A stretch of 26,975 bases of DNA from a virus (taxonomy: Duplodnaviria > Caudoviricetes), in IMG/VR virus record IMGVR_UViG_3300020179_000149, positions 1-26,975 of that record; one strand, written 5' to 3'. Positions 1 through 8,401 of the stretch are shown in pieces; the first letter of the stretch is position 1; each line of letters opens with the position of its first letter. A model generated the notes under the pieces. The model did not search any database. It was not told the DNA's origin and saw nothing but the letters and a program-made list of their open reading frames with translations. The position numbers and the translations under genes are program-made.

Positions 1-2
1 GG

Positions 3-500
3 CGGGTTGGTTTCGGTTTGCAGAAGTGGGGGTGGTGGTTGCGTCAGGATGTGGTGTTGGTGTCGGAGGGGGTTGTTGATGGTGAGGTAGTTCGGTTGCA
101 TCGGTATTTGTTTTTGTTGTCTAAGGGGCGCGGCTATTTTTTTAATAGTTTGGCGATTTCTGAGCGTGCGAAAACGAAACCTGGGGCTACTTGGTTGGAG
201 CGCAAAGCGGCGGGGGCTACGGCGGGGAATGTGATTGTTGATGATGGTAGGCGTAATGGGACGCAGAGGGTGGTGCATGGGAAAGGTGTTTCTTCTAATT
301 TGACGCGTCAGGATGGTTTGCGTAATCGGCGGTCGGTATGGTTTTTGGGTGGTGGTGGAGTGGGGTTGTCTGCTGATGCTGTGGATTTGTGTGTGAAGTC
401 GGGTTCTCGGGTTGGGGATGTTGTGTGGGATGTATTCGGGGTTGGTGACGTGGAGGGGGTTGTTGTTGGGTTGGGGCGGCGTTTCGTTTCAGGTTTTTAA
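3..500 (+). CDS. Degenerate N4/N6 DNA methyltransferase-like protein, C-terminal part (5' truncated by window edge; possibly a pseudogene)
   Basis: The frame is open from position 3 (RVGFGLQKWGWWLRQDVV...HRYLFLLSKGRGYFFNS...RNRRSVW...CVKSGSRVGDVVWDVFGVG...LGRRF). It is colinear with 9932..11320 (WRVALALQQDGWFLRQDII...HEYIFLLTKKANYFFDS...KNKRSVW...VLDTFFGSGTT...LGRDY), but the SAM-binding motif is eroded. Confidence 0.75.
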   Translation, partial: RVGFGLQKWGWWLRQDVVLVSEGVVDGEVVRLHRYLFLLSKGRGYFFNSLAISERAKTKPGATWLERKAAGATAGNVIVDDGRRNGTQRVVHGKGVSSNLTRQDGLRNRRSVWFLGGGGVGLSADAVDLCVKSGSRVGDVVWDVFGVGDVEGVVVGLGRRFVSGF

Positions 501-526
501 GATTGTTGAGCGAGGTGTTTTGCGTT

Positions 527-1048
527 CTAGATTTTGGTGAGTTGGTGTTCTTTTAGTACGAGGCGCGGTCCGTGTCCGAAGTCGGCGTGTTCGGCGTTTG
601 CGAAGAAGTTTTCGCGTGTGGTTCCGCCAAGTATTTGGAATTGTGTGTTCGTGCCGATGTTTTCTAGTTGTGTGGATGGTTGATTGCACCATACGACTAG
701 GCATTGTTCTGTTTCGGGTTTCCATAGCCCGTAGTTGCAGTGCTTTGGGTCGTTGATGATGAGTATTTTGCGGGTTGAGGTTTTGATTTCTGTGCTTTTG
801 CCGTTGATGGTGGTGTCGTGTCCGTGGTCTGCCCCGATGTAGATGTCCCAATCAACGGTGGTTCCGTAGTGGCGGGCGGTGATTACTTCTCCTGCTTTGC
901 CCATCATGATGATGCCCTTGGGGGTCATGGTGGCGGTGTATTTGCGGTCGGTGACTTTGTGTTGGCGTTTGTTTTCGTAGCAGTCGTTGACCCATTTGCG
1001 TAGGTATATGACTTCTTTGGCGGTGAGACGCATTATCGGGTAGGTCAT
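527..1048 (-). CDS. Putative PD-(D/E)XK (restriction-endonuclease-fold) nuclease
   Basis: GKAGE helix, then ADHGHD...GKSTEIKTS fitting the E...D...(D/E)xK pattern. ATGA overlap with the upstream ORF. Confidence 0.55.
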   Translation of the reverse strand: MTYPIMRLTAKEVIYLRKWVNDCYENKRQHKVTDRKYTATMTPKGIIMMGKAGEVITARHYGTTVDWDIYIGADHGHDTTINGKSTEIKTSTRKILIINDPKHCNYGLWKPETEQCLVVWCNQPSTQLENIGTNTQFQILGGTTRENFFANAEHADFGHGPRLVLKEHQLTKI

Positions 1049-1473
1049 TGTGGTTGGTCGTATTTCGGGTTGAGCATCATGTCCATTACTTCGTGTTGTT
1101 CAAGGATAAAGCCCTTGGCGGGGTTGTCGCTTTTGGGTGCAAAGTTTTGTTTGTTCTTTTCATTGAATCGTTCGGGGTGCGCCCGCATATAGCGTTTCAT
1201 ACGGGCGGTTTTTATCATGAGGAATGTACCGTCTAGGTGGTATTGGTAAACCCACCATTTCGCGGTGGTGATGTTGATGCCCGATTTTTTCCAACCTTCG
1301 TTGCGTGGATTTTGGTCGGTTTCTATGGCGATTCTGCCGTTGCGGTAGCGGTCTGTTTTGATTTCTATTGAGCCGCTGTTGGCGTCATTGAGGAAATCGC
1401 GAATGATTTGTTCCCCGTTTTCTCCGTGTTGGAGGTCTTTCAAGAAGTTTGGTGGTATGTCGTATTCTCTCAT
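1045..1473 (-). CDS. Putative PD-(D/E)XK-like phage nuclease
   Basis: FLKDLQHGENGE...IEIKTD...GRIAIE...KKSGINITTAKWW, a pattern typical of a common phage restriction-fold family. ATGA-coupled to both neighbours. Confidence 0.6.
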   Translation of the reverse strand: MREYDIPPNFLKDLQHGENGEQIIRDFLNDANSGSIEIKTDRYRNGRIAIETDQNPRNEGWKKSGINITTAKWWVYQYHLDGTFLMIKTARMKRYMRAHPERFNEKNKQNFAPKSDNPAKGFILEQHEVMDMMLNPKYDQPQ

Positions 1474-2207
1474 TGTCGTTCCATGTTTAGTTGAGCATCT
1501 TCAACATATCGGGGGTCTATGTCGTAGCCGATGTATTTTCGTCCCAATCGTTTTGCTGTGGTGGTTGTTGTTCCGCTTCCGTTGAACGGGTCAAGCACGA
1601 CATCACCAATTATGGTCGTGAGAAGAATGCAGTTCTCTACAAGTTGTTGGGGAAAGGGTGCAGGGTGAGTCGTTTGTTTTGGCGGTGCGATATTCCATAT
1701 TTCGGTTATGTAATCAGGGTTCACATTTTCCCTGTGGGTGCGGGGTTTGTTTTTCGTCAACCAATACACATGTTCGGTGTTCGGCAGTAGATGGTCTTTA
1801 CGAATATTTGGACTGTTGTGTCTATTCCAAATTATGAGTTGATAGATTATTGCGTTCGTTTTATGTATGAACTCGGTTGGCAGTCGTGCTTGGTTGTTGT
1901 ATCGTCGCGGTTTGTGGTTGAAAAAAATTGAGCCGTCACTTTTTATGACGCGAAGAAGTTGATTGATTACCGCAATTATCCATTCTTGATATTCTTCCTC
2001 TCGCATATTGTCGTGGTACGAGTTGTAGTCAATGTTGTGTTTCTGCCAAATCTGATTGCTGTTTTGTGTTCTGCCTTCCTGTATGCCTTTTTTGTTGTAG
2101 GGGGGTGATGTGACGACCGTGTTGATGGATTCGTCGGGAAGTTTTCGCAGTTCACTGAGCGCTTCCGCGCACCTAATTATGTTGGTCTCAATATTTGCAG
2201 ACGACAT
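1470..2207 (-). CDS. DNA methyltransferase, N4-cytosine/N6-adenine, beta class
   Basis: Catalytic TSPPYN near the N-terminus, HPAPFP, and SAM-binding VLDPFNGSGTT...LGRKYIGYDI near the C-terminus. Confidence 0.95.
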   Translation of the reverse strand: MSSANIETNIIRCAEALSELRKLPDESINTVVTSPPYNKKGIQEGRTQNSNQIWQKHNIDYNSYHDNMREEEYQEWIIAVINQLLRVIKSDGSIFFNHKPRRYNNQARLPTEFIHKTNAIIYQLIIWNRHNSPNIRKDHLLPNTEHVYWLTKNKPRTHRENVNPDYITEIWNIAPPKQTTHPAPFPQQLVENCILLTTIIGDVVLDPFNGSGTTTTTAKRLGRKYIGYDIDPRYVEDAQLNMERQ

Positions 2208-2217
2208 TTCGTCCTGT

Positions 2218-2661
2218 TTATTTTGTAACGAATGGGACTGTGTTGTTACTGCCGTTCAGGATGCTCTCCTCTTCCTTTTTCAATGATTTGTTGCGGGCAT
2301 GAATTGCCGAAGCGGTTTGACTGTTTCCGTGGGGATTCATGATGGTGAAACGCTTATCCAACTCTCGTATCATTGCAAATCCGTCCTGAGTAATCCGCCA
2401 TTGAATACCGTTGAAATGGCGTTCAAGGAAACCCGACTTTGTGAGAGTGTTCGTATAATGTTTTATTTTGTTTCGGTCAATTTTTTCTAGTTGAAAGTCG
2501 TAGTACTCGGTTCTCGTGAACCACTCACCCTCTTTCATTCGTGTGCGCATGCGTGCGTAGCACAATACCATGTAGGAGCCGCGTCGTCCCCCCTTCGCCA
2601 TGCCCGCGACCGTGTTGGCTTGCCAATCCGAATTTTCGGTGTTCATTTGGTTACTGCTCAT
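2218..2661 (-). CDS. Hypothetical protein, possible winged-helix DNA-binding domain
   Basis: Start moved from 2796 to ATG 2661 (alternative 2646) to avoid overlap with the divergent gene. The segment YTNTLTKSGFLERHFNGIQWRITQDG resembles a wHTH recognition helix and wing. Confidence 0.55.
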   Translation of the reverse strand: MSSNQMNTENSDWQANTVAGMAKGGRRGSYMVLCYARMRTRMKEGEWFTRTEYYDFQLEKIDRNKIKHYTNTLTKSGFLERHFNGIQWRITQDGFAMIRELDKRFTIMNPHGNSQTASAIHARNKSLKKEEESILNGSNNTVPFVTK

Positions 2662-2680
2662 GGTGCTAGATTCTACAGTC
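2662..2680. promoter_or_regulatory. Overlapping divergent -10 elements (bidirectional promoter) between two leaderless starts
   Basis: TAGATT on + (2667-2672) lies 8 nt before ATG 2681. TAGAAT on - (2675-2670) lies 8 nt before ATG 2661. Confidence 0.55.
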
Positions 2681-3253
2681 ATGGCACACCTTCCCGCTAC
2701 CCAAATCATTTCGTCGGACTTCAGTTTTTGGAGCAGAAAAGCCCCCGTTATGGGCGGTGTTTGGCAGGACGCTGCATCGTGTGCCTTGGAGTACATTTAC
2801 GATGTTGTTGCCGAGATGCAGGACGCGGAGTATGAACCGCATCTCACCGATTTGCGTAAAATGGTTGACGACGGCATTGGTTCGTTTTTTGACCAGCCAA
2901 TTCACCCAAATTTGGGGCGGTTTGCATTTTGGCGCGACTTGGGCGCAACTGGAGTGGTTTTGTCACGCAAGTTTTGTAGCCGTCCGATGCGACAGATGTT
3001 CGTACATGAGACTTTGGTGAACAAGCAGACGGATTACGGGCATGACAATGTTGCGCGGTTTGGTTCGCGTGGTTTGCTGGTGCGTATGCACGACAAGATT
3101 GCGCGTTTAGAGAACATCATTGCCAAGGGTGTTGACCCGAAGAACGAGTCGCTGTTTGATAATTTCATGGATGTTGCGGGCTATTCGGCAATTGGTTGTA
3201 TGTGGGAGGCGGACGAGTTTTTGTTGCCGTTGGCTAATGCGAAAGCGTCCTGA
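2681..3253 (+). CDS. DUF1599 / nucleotide-modification-associated domain 1 protein
   Basis: C-terminal KQTDYGHDN...GLLVRMHDKIARLEN...ESLFDNFMDVAGYSAIG signature. Start taken at ATG 2681 (alternative 2750). Confidence 0.8.
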   Translation: MAHLPATQIISSDFSFWSRKAPVMGGVWQDAASCALEYIYDVVAEMQDAEYEPHLTDLRKMVDDGIGSFFDQPIHPNLGRFAFWRDLGATGVVLSRKFCSRPMRQMFVHETLVNKQTDYGHDNVARFGSRGLLVRMHDKIARLENIIAKGVDPKNESLFDNFMDVAGYSAIGCMWEADEFLLPLANAKAS

Positions 3254-3488
3254 GCATCCCAAGAAACCCCAACCGCAGGGGGTGCGTTTGTCTGGGTCAA
3301 ATATTGTGCCGAAGGGTTTTAAGCCGTACGTGGTGCGTGACCCGAAGACGGAGCAGGATGTGGTGGATTTTTTGTCGTCTGCTGCCGAGGCTGGTGATTG
3401 GGAGGCGGAGTTATTGCTCGGTCTCCTGAAAGTAATGTCTTTAAATGATTTGATTGTTGAGGGTGCTATTCGTATTCAGCGGGGTTGA
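3237..3488 (+). CDS. Hypothetical protein
   Basis: ATG 3237 overlaps the end of the previous gene, and the ORF fills the gap before 3533 on the same strand. Confidence 0.6.
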   Translation: MRKRPEHPKKPQPQGVRLSGSNIVPKGFKPYVVRDPKTEQDVVDFLSSAAEAGDWEAELLLGLLKVMSLNDLIVEGAIRIQRG

Positions 3489-3532
3489 TGCCTGTTTATT
3501 TTGTGAGGCGTGGGGCTCTGTAAAATTGGTGA

Positions 3533-4072
3533 GTGGATAAGTTGTCTGTAAAAGTTCTCGGTACACCCATACGAAAGGCAAGTACAAAATCTATGTTTGA
3601 TGCCAACCAATCGGTTCACGACTTCTATCTCGTGATGTCCAACGCACAAGAAAAAAGCGAATCGCCATACACGAACAACGCGTTGCGTGAACGCATCAAG
3701 GCTCGCGTGATGGCTGGTTCGGAGGGTGGGCGACCCGGTCAGTGGTCTGCTCGTAAAGCACAACTCGTGGCGTTGCGATACAGGAAAGCGGGTGGGGGGT
3801 ACAAGAAGGGTAAACGCCCAAGCAAGAAGCAACGGTCGCTGAAAAAGTGGGGACGAGAAAAGTGGAGAACCTCGGACGGCAAACCAGCCTTGCGTGGGGG
3901 CAAGATGCGCAGGTATTTGCCCGATAAGGTATGGGGAAGGTTGTCGCCTGCTCAGCGTGCCGCCACGAATCGCAAGAAGATTCAAGGCGACAAGCGAGGA
4001 CGACAGTTTGTTGCGAATACCGAAACCGCCAAAGATAAGGCGAGAAGTTACAGGAAACGAAATAAATTTTAA
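3533..4072 (+). CDS. DUF5872-like highly basic protein
   Basis: YTNNALRERIK...GGRPGQWSARKAQL...GGGY...QRSLKKWGREKW...RYLP...KGRQFVAN-type motif string. TAAAAT lies 6 nt upstream of the GTG start. Confidence 0.75.
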   Translation: MDKLSVKVLGTPIRKASTKSMFDANQSVHDFYLVMSNAQEKSESPYTNNALRERIKARVMAGSEGGRPGQWSARKAQLVALRYRKAGGGYKKGKRPSKKQRSLKKWGREKWRTSDGKPALRGGKMRRYLPDKVWGRLSPAQRAATNRKKIQGDKRGRQFVANTETAKDKARSYRKRNKF

Positions 4073-4518
4073 TGAGCGTCAATAAAAAATCTGCTCCACA
4101 AAAACAGGTAGTAGAAATAGTTAGAGTAGGGCAGTGGGGTCGTGTTGAGTATCAGCATATCCTTGAATGTGGGCATGTTGAGGTTCGTAAACGCCCATCA
4201 AAAACGGACAAAATAGCGTGCACATGGTGCGTTATCGCCACAGAAAAACAGCGAGAACTCCGCACCTTGACAGTTGTACCTCCCCCGATTACCGAAGAAC
4301 CGTGGGACTTCTATGACGATGTTGCCGTTGATGAGATAAGGCTTGCGCAAACACGGTCAGCATTAGCACACGCTCTCGGATGTCCGCAGGAAAGCATAGA
4401 AATTGTGTCATCTGTTGACGAAAAGGGAGACTTGACGGTGAACTACATGACTGTGTTGCTTGACTACGGGCAGGCGCTGACAATAATCAAAAAATCGCAG
4501 AATATCGTTGACATCTGA
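4072..4518 (+). CDS. Hypothetical protein with putative Zn ribbon
   Basis: LECGH...CTWC motif. TAATG overlap with the upstream gene. Confidence 0.7.
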   Translation: MSVNKKSAPQKQVVEIVRVGQWGRVEYQHILECGHVEVRKRPSKTDKIACTWCVIATEKQRELRTLTVVPPPITEEPWDFYDDVAVDEIRLAQTRSALAHALGCPQESIEIVSSVDEKGDLTVNYMTVLLDYGQALTIIKKSQNIVDI

Positions 4519-4537
4519 ATTGGTCTGTGGTTATGCT
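4508..4537 (+). promoter_or_regulatory. Housekeeping-sigma promoter for whiB / primase operon
   Basis: TTGACA (4508-4513), 18-nt spacer, TATGCT (4532-4537), then 8 nt to ATG 4546. Confidence 0.7.
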
Positions 4538-4545
4538 TGGAGCCC

Positions 4546-5025
4546 ATGAACAAGAGCCTCCGCGCATCTCTCCCATTTGATTCATCCAAATCCGCTTGCC
4601 GTGAACACGGAGTTCGTGTCTTTTATCCAATCGTGGAAAAACCGACAATGTCAAATAGGATGCGTGCGTTAATTCAGGAAGCAAAAAAGATTTGCTCCAC
4701 ATGCGAAGTCAGGGAGCCCTGTCTCAACTATGCCTTAGAGAATGAGTCGCACGGAATTTGGGGTGGATTATCGGAAACGGAGCGACAATACCGTAGATTA
4801 GAACTAGGTATTACTTATAAACCGTGGGAAACAGGAAATGGTACCGAGGTGGAATCCATAAATGCGATTCGTGCCCGTCGTCGTTGGCGGGATGCTGAAC
4901 GAAAACGACGAGAACGTGAACGCAAATCAAAACAACGAGACGAACAAAATCCTGACCGAAAAAAGAGGCGCTCCAATGTCCAATACGAAGTGGTAATTGA
5001 AGATGAAATGATTGAATCAGAATGA
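4546..5025 (+). CDS. whiB: WhiB-family Fe-S transcriptional regulator with Arg-rich C-terminal extension
   Basis: Four Cys (AC...AKKICSTCEVREPCL) plus the HGIWGGLSETER turn motif. Confidence 0.93.
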   Translation: MNKSLRASLPFDSSKSACREHGVRVFYPIVEKPTMSNRMRALIQEAKKICSTCEVREPCLNYALENESHGIWGGLSETERQYRRLELGITYKPWETGNGTEVESINAIRARRRWRDAERKRRERERKSKQRDEQNPDRKKRRSNVQYEVVIEDEMIESE

Positions 5026-6776
5026 CACAACTTGCTTCTCCGACAGTTGAGTCGTTCTTAAACAAACTTAACGGCGTAAAAAAGACTGGCGCCGGTTGGC
5101 AGGCGCGTTGCCCATGTCGCAACGATGATGAAAATCCCTCTCTCTCTGTTGCGCAAGGGAATGACGGTCGCGTCCTCGTCACATGTCACCGTGGTAACGG
5201 TTGTGATGTGGTGCAAATTTGCACATCCCTCAGCATGAAAGTCACCGACCTTTATCCCCCACGCAAGGAGGAGCGGAAACTTTCTCTTGTTGCGACATAT
5301 GACTACCGAAACGAAAAAGGCGAAGTTATTTATCAGAAACAGCGTTTCGTAGACCAATGGGGAAAGAAAACATTTAAGCAACGCAGACCCGACCCAAGCA
5401 ATCCCAAAAAATGGATTTATTCGTTGGAGAATATAGACAAAACGCTATATCGTCTCCCCGAAATTATTCAGGCTCGTGAAAATAACGAAGTGATATGGCT
5501 CGTTGAAGGCGAAAAAGATGCAGATAATTTGGTCAAACTCGGCTGGTGTGCAACGACTCCGCCAAACGGCGCTGGCAAATGGCAGGATTCGTTTACCGAA
5601 ATTCTTCGTGGGTGCGGAGTATTCATCATCGCCGATAATGATGTACCGGGTTGGGAACATGCGAAAGAGATACAACGCCGATTACAAAAAGTTGGATGTA
5701 CGGTGAGCACATTTGTGCCACCTAAACAATTTAAGGATGTTTCCGAACTATTGGCAAACGGAGGGAATCTTGAAGAACTAATTGATTTTAAAGATGCAGA
5801 GCCTCTCAATTCGGCAGAACGAAAAGACGAAGAGAATGAAGAGTCAGATGAACAGGCTTTATCGGATGCAACATCTTCACTTGAATCCATAGCCTCGCAA
5901 ATCACCAAAGTTCTATTGCGCCAAGACCTTTCTGAAGATACGCGAATTTCTCGTGCGACCATGTTGCTTAATCAAATCAAAGGCGAGAACGACTATGACC
6001 GAGGACGACTCATTAATTGGCAGGATTTCCTTGGTGAGTCGGCAGACGAGGAATTTGATTGGGTTATTGACAATCTGATTGAACGAGGTGAACGCATAAT
6101 GGTGGTGGCAGCCGAGGGAGTCGGCAAAACCATGCTTGCGCGACAGGTAGCGATTTGTGCTTCCGCAGGTCTTCATCCGTTTAATTTTTCTCGTATAAAA
6201 CCTATTCGCACCCTGACTATTGACCTTGAAAATCCAGAGCGTATTATCCGACGAACATCTACGAATATCATGAACGCGGCATTGCGTTACGGTCATGTGA
6301 AGCAGGTTGATGCACACATACTTATCAAGCCTGCTGGTGTGGATTTACTGAGGGCTGAAGACAGGGCAATAATTGAGGAGGCTGTAGAGAGAATCAAGCC
6401 AGACCTTCTTGTTGTTGGACCTCTATATAAATCATTTGTAGACCCTGGCGGGCGAACATCAGAGGCTGTTGCCGTTCAGGTGGCAAAGTTCTTTGACATG
6501 ATTCGCGACTACCATAAATGCGCATTGTGGTTGGAGCACCATGCGCCCTTGGGTTCGTCAATGAGCACGAGGGATTTGCGTCCGTTCGGGTCTGCTGTTT
6601 GGTCGCGGTGGCCGGAATTCGGTCTTTCGCTACATCCCGACCCAACAATTGTTGGGGAATATGTTTACGATGTGCGACATTTTCGTGGTGCACGAGACGA
6701 ACGACCATTTCCGACTAAACTTAGAAGGGGTAAAGTATTTCCGTTTGAATTAGTTGATGTGAGAGACCAAATATGA
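5022..6776 (+). CDS. Bifunctional DNA primase-helicase (Zn finger + TOPRIM + RecA-like/AAA_25 helicase)
   Basis: CPC...CHRGNGC zinc-binding domain, VEGEKDAD and IADND TOPRIM motifs, Walker A AAEGVGKT, IDLEN, and LEHH...PFGSAVW. Confidence 0.92.
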   Translation: MTQLASPTVESFLNKLNGVKKTGAGWQARCPCRNDDENPSLSVAQGNDGRVLVTCHRGNGCDVVQICTSLSMKVTDLYPPRKEERKLSLVATYDYRNEKGEVIYQKQRFVDQWGKKTFKQRRPDPSNPKKWIYSLENIDKTLYRLPEIIQARENNEVIWLVEGEKDADNLVKLGWCATTPPNGAGKWQDSFTEILRGCGVFIIADNDVPGWEHAKEIQRRLQKVGCTVSTFVPPKQFKDVSELLANGGNLEELIDFKDAEPLNSAERKDEENEESDEQALSDATSSLESIASQITKVLLRQDLSEDTRISRATMLLNQIKGENDYDRGRLINWQDFLGESADEEFDWVIDNLIERGERIMVVAAEGVGKTMLARQVAICASAGLHPFNFSRIKPIRTLTIDLENPERIIRRTSTNIMNAALRYGHVKQVDAHILIKPAGVDLLRAEDRAIIEEAVERIKPDLLVVGPLYKSFVDPGGRTSEAVAVQVAKFFDMIRDYHKCALWLEHHAPLGSSMSTRDLRPFGSAVWSRWPEFGLSLHPDPTIVGEYVYDVRHFRGARDERPFPTKLRRGKVFPFELVDVRDQI

Positions 6777-7396
6777 CAGAAAAGGGTTTGACTCGTGAGT
6801 TCCTAGCCGAAAGAGACGTACGCATATTCAAAATGCGTCAGGCTGGTATCACCACCGCAGAAATTTCAAGAAGGTTTGGCATGACCAACAATGCTGTCAG
6901 TTCGTCTATACGGCGACAATTGGGCAGGTTGAGCCAAGAAGCGCTCATGGCGTATCCGGAGGTCTTACAGATGGAACTGGAGCGTCTGGATGCCCTTCAG
7001 AGCGCAGTGTGGCCGCTAACGCAACACAGAAAGGTCAAGTTGGATGACGGCACCGAGGTGTCTGTGGAGCCCGACATCAAAGCGGTGTCAACTATTTTGT
7101 CAATTATTGACAGGCGTGCTCGTTTGCTGGGAATGGAGCAAAACAATTTGAATGTTCGTATGGATGTTCAGGACTCCACGCAGAATCAGTTGCGGGCTGT
7201 TTTGGCTGGTGCTCCCGGTGCACAAGTTTCTGAGAAGTTTGACGCTGAGGCTGAAGCAAAGAAATTGCTTGCGATTATGCGTGATTCTGGCGTGATTGAG
7301 GAGACGACGGTGAATAAGTTGTTGGGTGATTTCCCTGCGTTGACCGAAGGCGGGGAAGACGATGAAGAGAAAGGTGAAGACATTCACCCCGAATAG
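6773..7396 (+). CDS. HTH protein, terminase-small-subunit-like
   Basis: N-terminal HTH (MRQAGITTAEISRRFGMTNNAV) followed by ELERLDALQSAVW...AVSTILSIIDRRARLLG, typical of actinophage TerS-like proteins. Confidence 0.65.
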   Translation: MTEKGLTREFLAERDVRIFKMRQAGITTAEISRRFGMTNNAVSSSIRRQLGRLSQEALMAYPEVLQMELERLDALQSAVWPLTQHRKVKLDDGTEVSVEPDIKAVSTILSIIDRRARLLGMEQNNLNVRMDVQDSTQNQLRAVLAGAPGAQVSEKFDAEAEAKKLLAIMRDSGVIEETTVNKLLGDFPALTEGGEDDEEKGEDIHPE

Positions 7397-7570
7397 TGCA
7401 AACGCTCACAAGTGGATAATTTATTATAAATGAATGCTTTTTTTGATAACAGCCCTTCTCTTCATTATCGCTTCAGTGTCATTCCACAAATTCGTTCTTA
7501 TGAGGGCAGTGGAACACCCATTTATCTGCTTGGACAATAAACCGCTATCGCGGATTAGGGCTGAGCGAGA

Positions 7571-8401
7571 CTATGCGCTTGTAAAAGCGACCTTATCCTT
7601 CTGAGGGGAGCAAAACTCAGTAGTAATGACGGGGTGGGTTGAAACCACACATTCCCTCTTATCGGGAAGTTGTTCTTTTACCATCAATCTCATCAACCAT
7701 CTATCTGTTCCGTCATAGCGAGGCTGAAAAGGCTTCCTGCCGTGAGCAACTTGATGATTATCAATAATGAGAACATCACCATCTTCAAGAACAATTTCTT
7801 TTATATTCTCGTCAACTAATTTCTTAAAACATTCCAAAGCGGAATTCGCAACTTCGGTTTTCCCCCTCATCAGGTCTTCGTCAAAAATGAATCTAAACTT
7901 TTTGTGTTTGAAATTAATGACCGGCACCAACCATTCATCGTATTGTTTTTTGTTTTCCTTGAAGGATAAGTCGGGTTGGATATAAAATTGGGGGCGCATC
8001 AACTCGTACATCAATCCGACATCTATATTTCTTAAGATGTCCCCAAAATTCACGTATGTGGTTGGAGCATTCTTATCTCCGCGTAAACACATCAAAATAA
8101 GAACATCTGGCTTATGCGGATGAAATGCTGTTTCTGTGTGCATTTTCAGCAATGCTTTGGAAGATGAAGAAATTTGTGCGAATTCCGTTTTGGGATTGGG
8201 AAGTACGTGTTGAATCAGGCGACCGTTCTGCTCCTGTTTGTAGGCGACAGGGAAACCATAATGAGCGCCGAACTTCAACAACAAATCGGATGCCTGTTTA
8301 ACGATGTCATCGCTCATCGGTGGTATCAGCGGAGTCGCAGGAATCTGACCTATCTCAACGCCTTTGATTAGTGTTAGGGGTTCATTCGGTTCAATCGTCA
8401 T
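7571..8401 (-). CDS. Fe(II)/2-oxoglutarate dioxygenase, TauD/clavaminate synthase-like
   Basis: HTETAFHP (HxE), LMCLRGD, and GDVLIIDN...HGRKPFQPRYDGTDRWLMR. Start moved to ATG 8401 because 8391..8588 occupies the upstream region. Confidence 0.9.
   Translation of the reverse strand: MTIEPNEPLTLIKGVEIGQIPATPLIPPMSDDIVKQASDLLLKFGAHYGFPVAYKQEQNGRLIQHVLPNPKTEFAQISSSSKALLKMHTETAFHPHKPDVLILMCLRGDKNAPTTYVNFGDILRNIDVGLMYELMRPQFYIQPDLSFKENKKQYDEWLVPVINFKHKKFRFIFDEDLMRGKTEVANSALECFKKLVDENIKEIVLEDGDVLIIDNHQVAHGRKPFQPRYDGTDRWLMRLMVKEQLPDKRECVVSTHPVITTEFCSPQKDKVAFTSA

Noticed and set aside
2662-2796. Long overlap between ORFs 2218..2796(-) and 2600..3253(+)
   Set aside because: It disappears when the starts at 2661 and 2681, each with a -10 element, are used.
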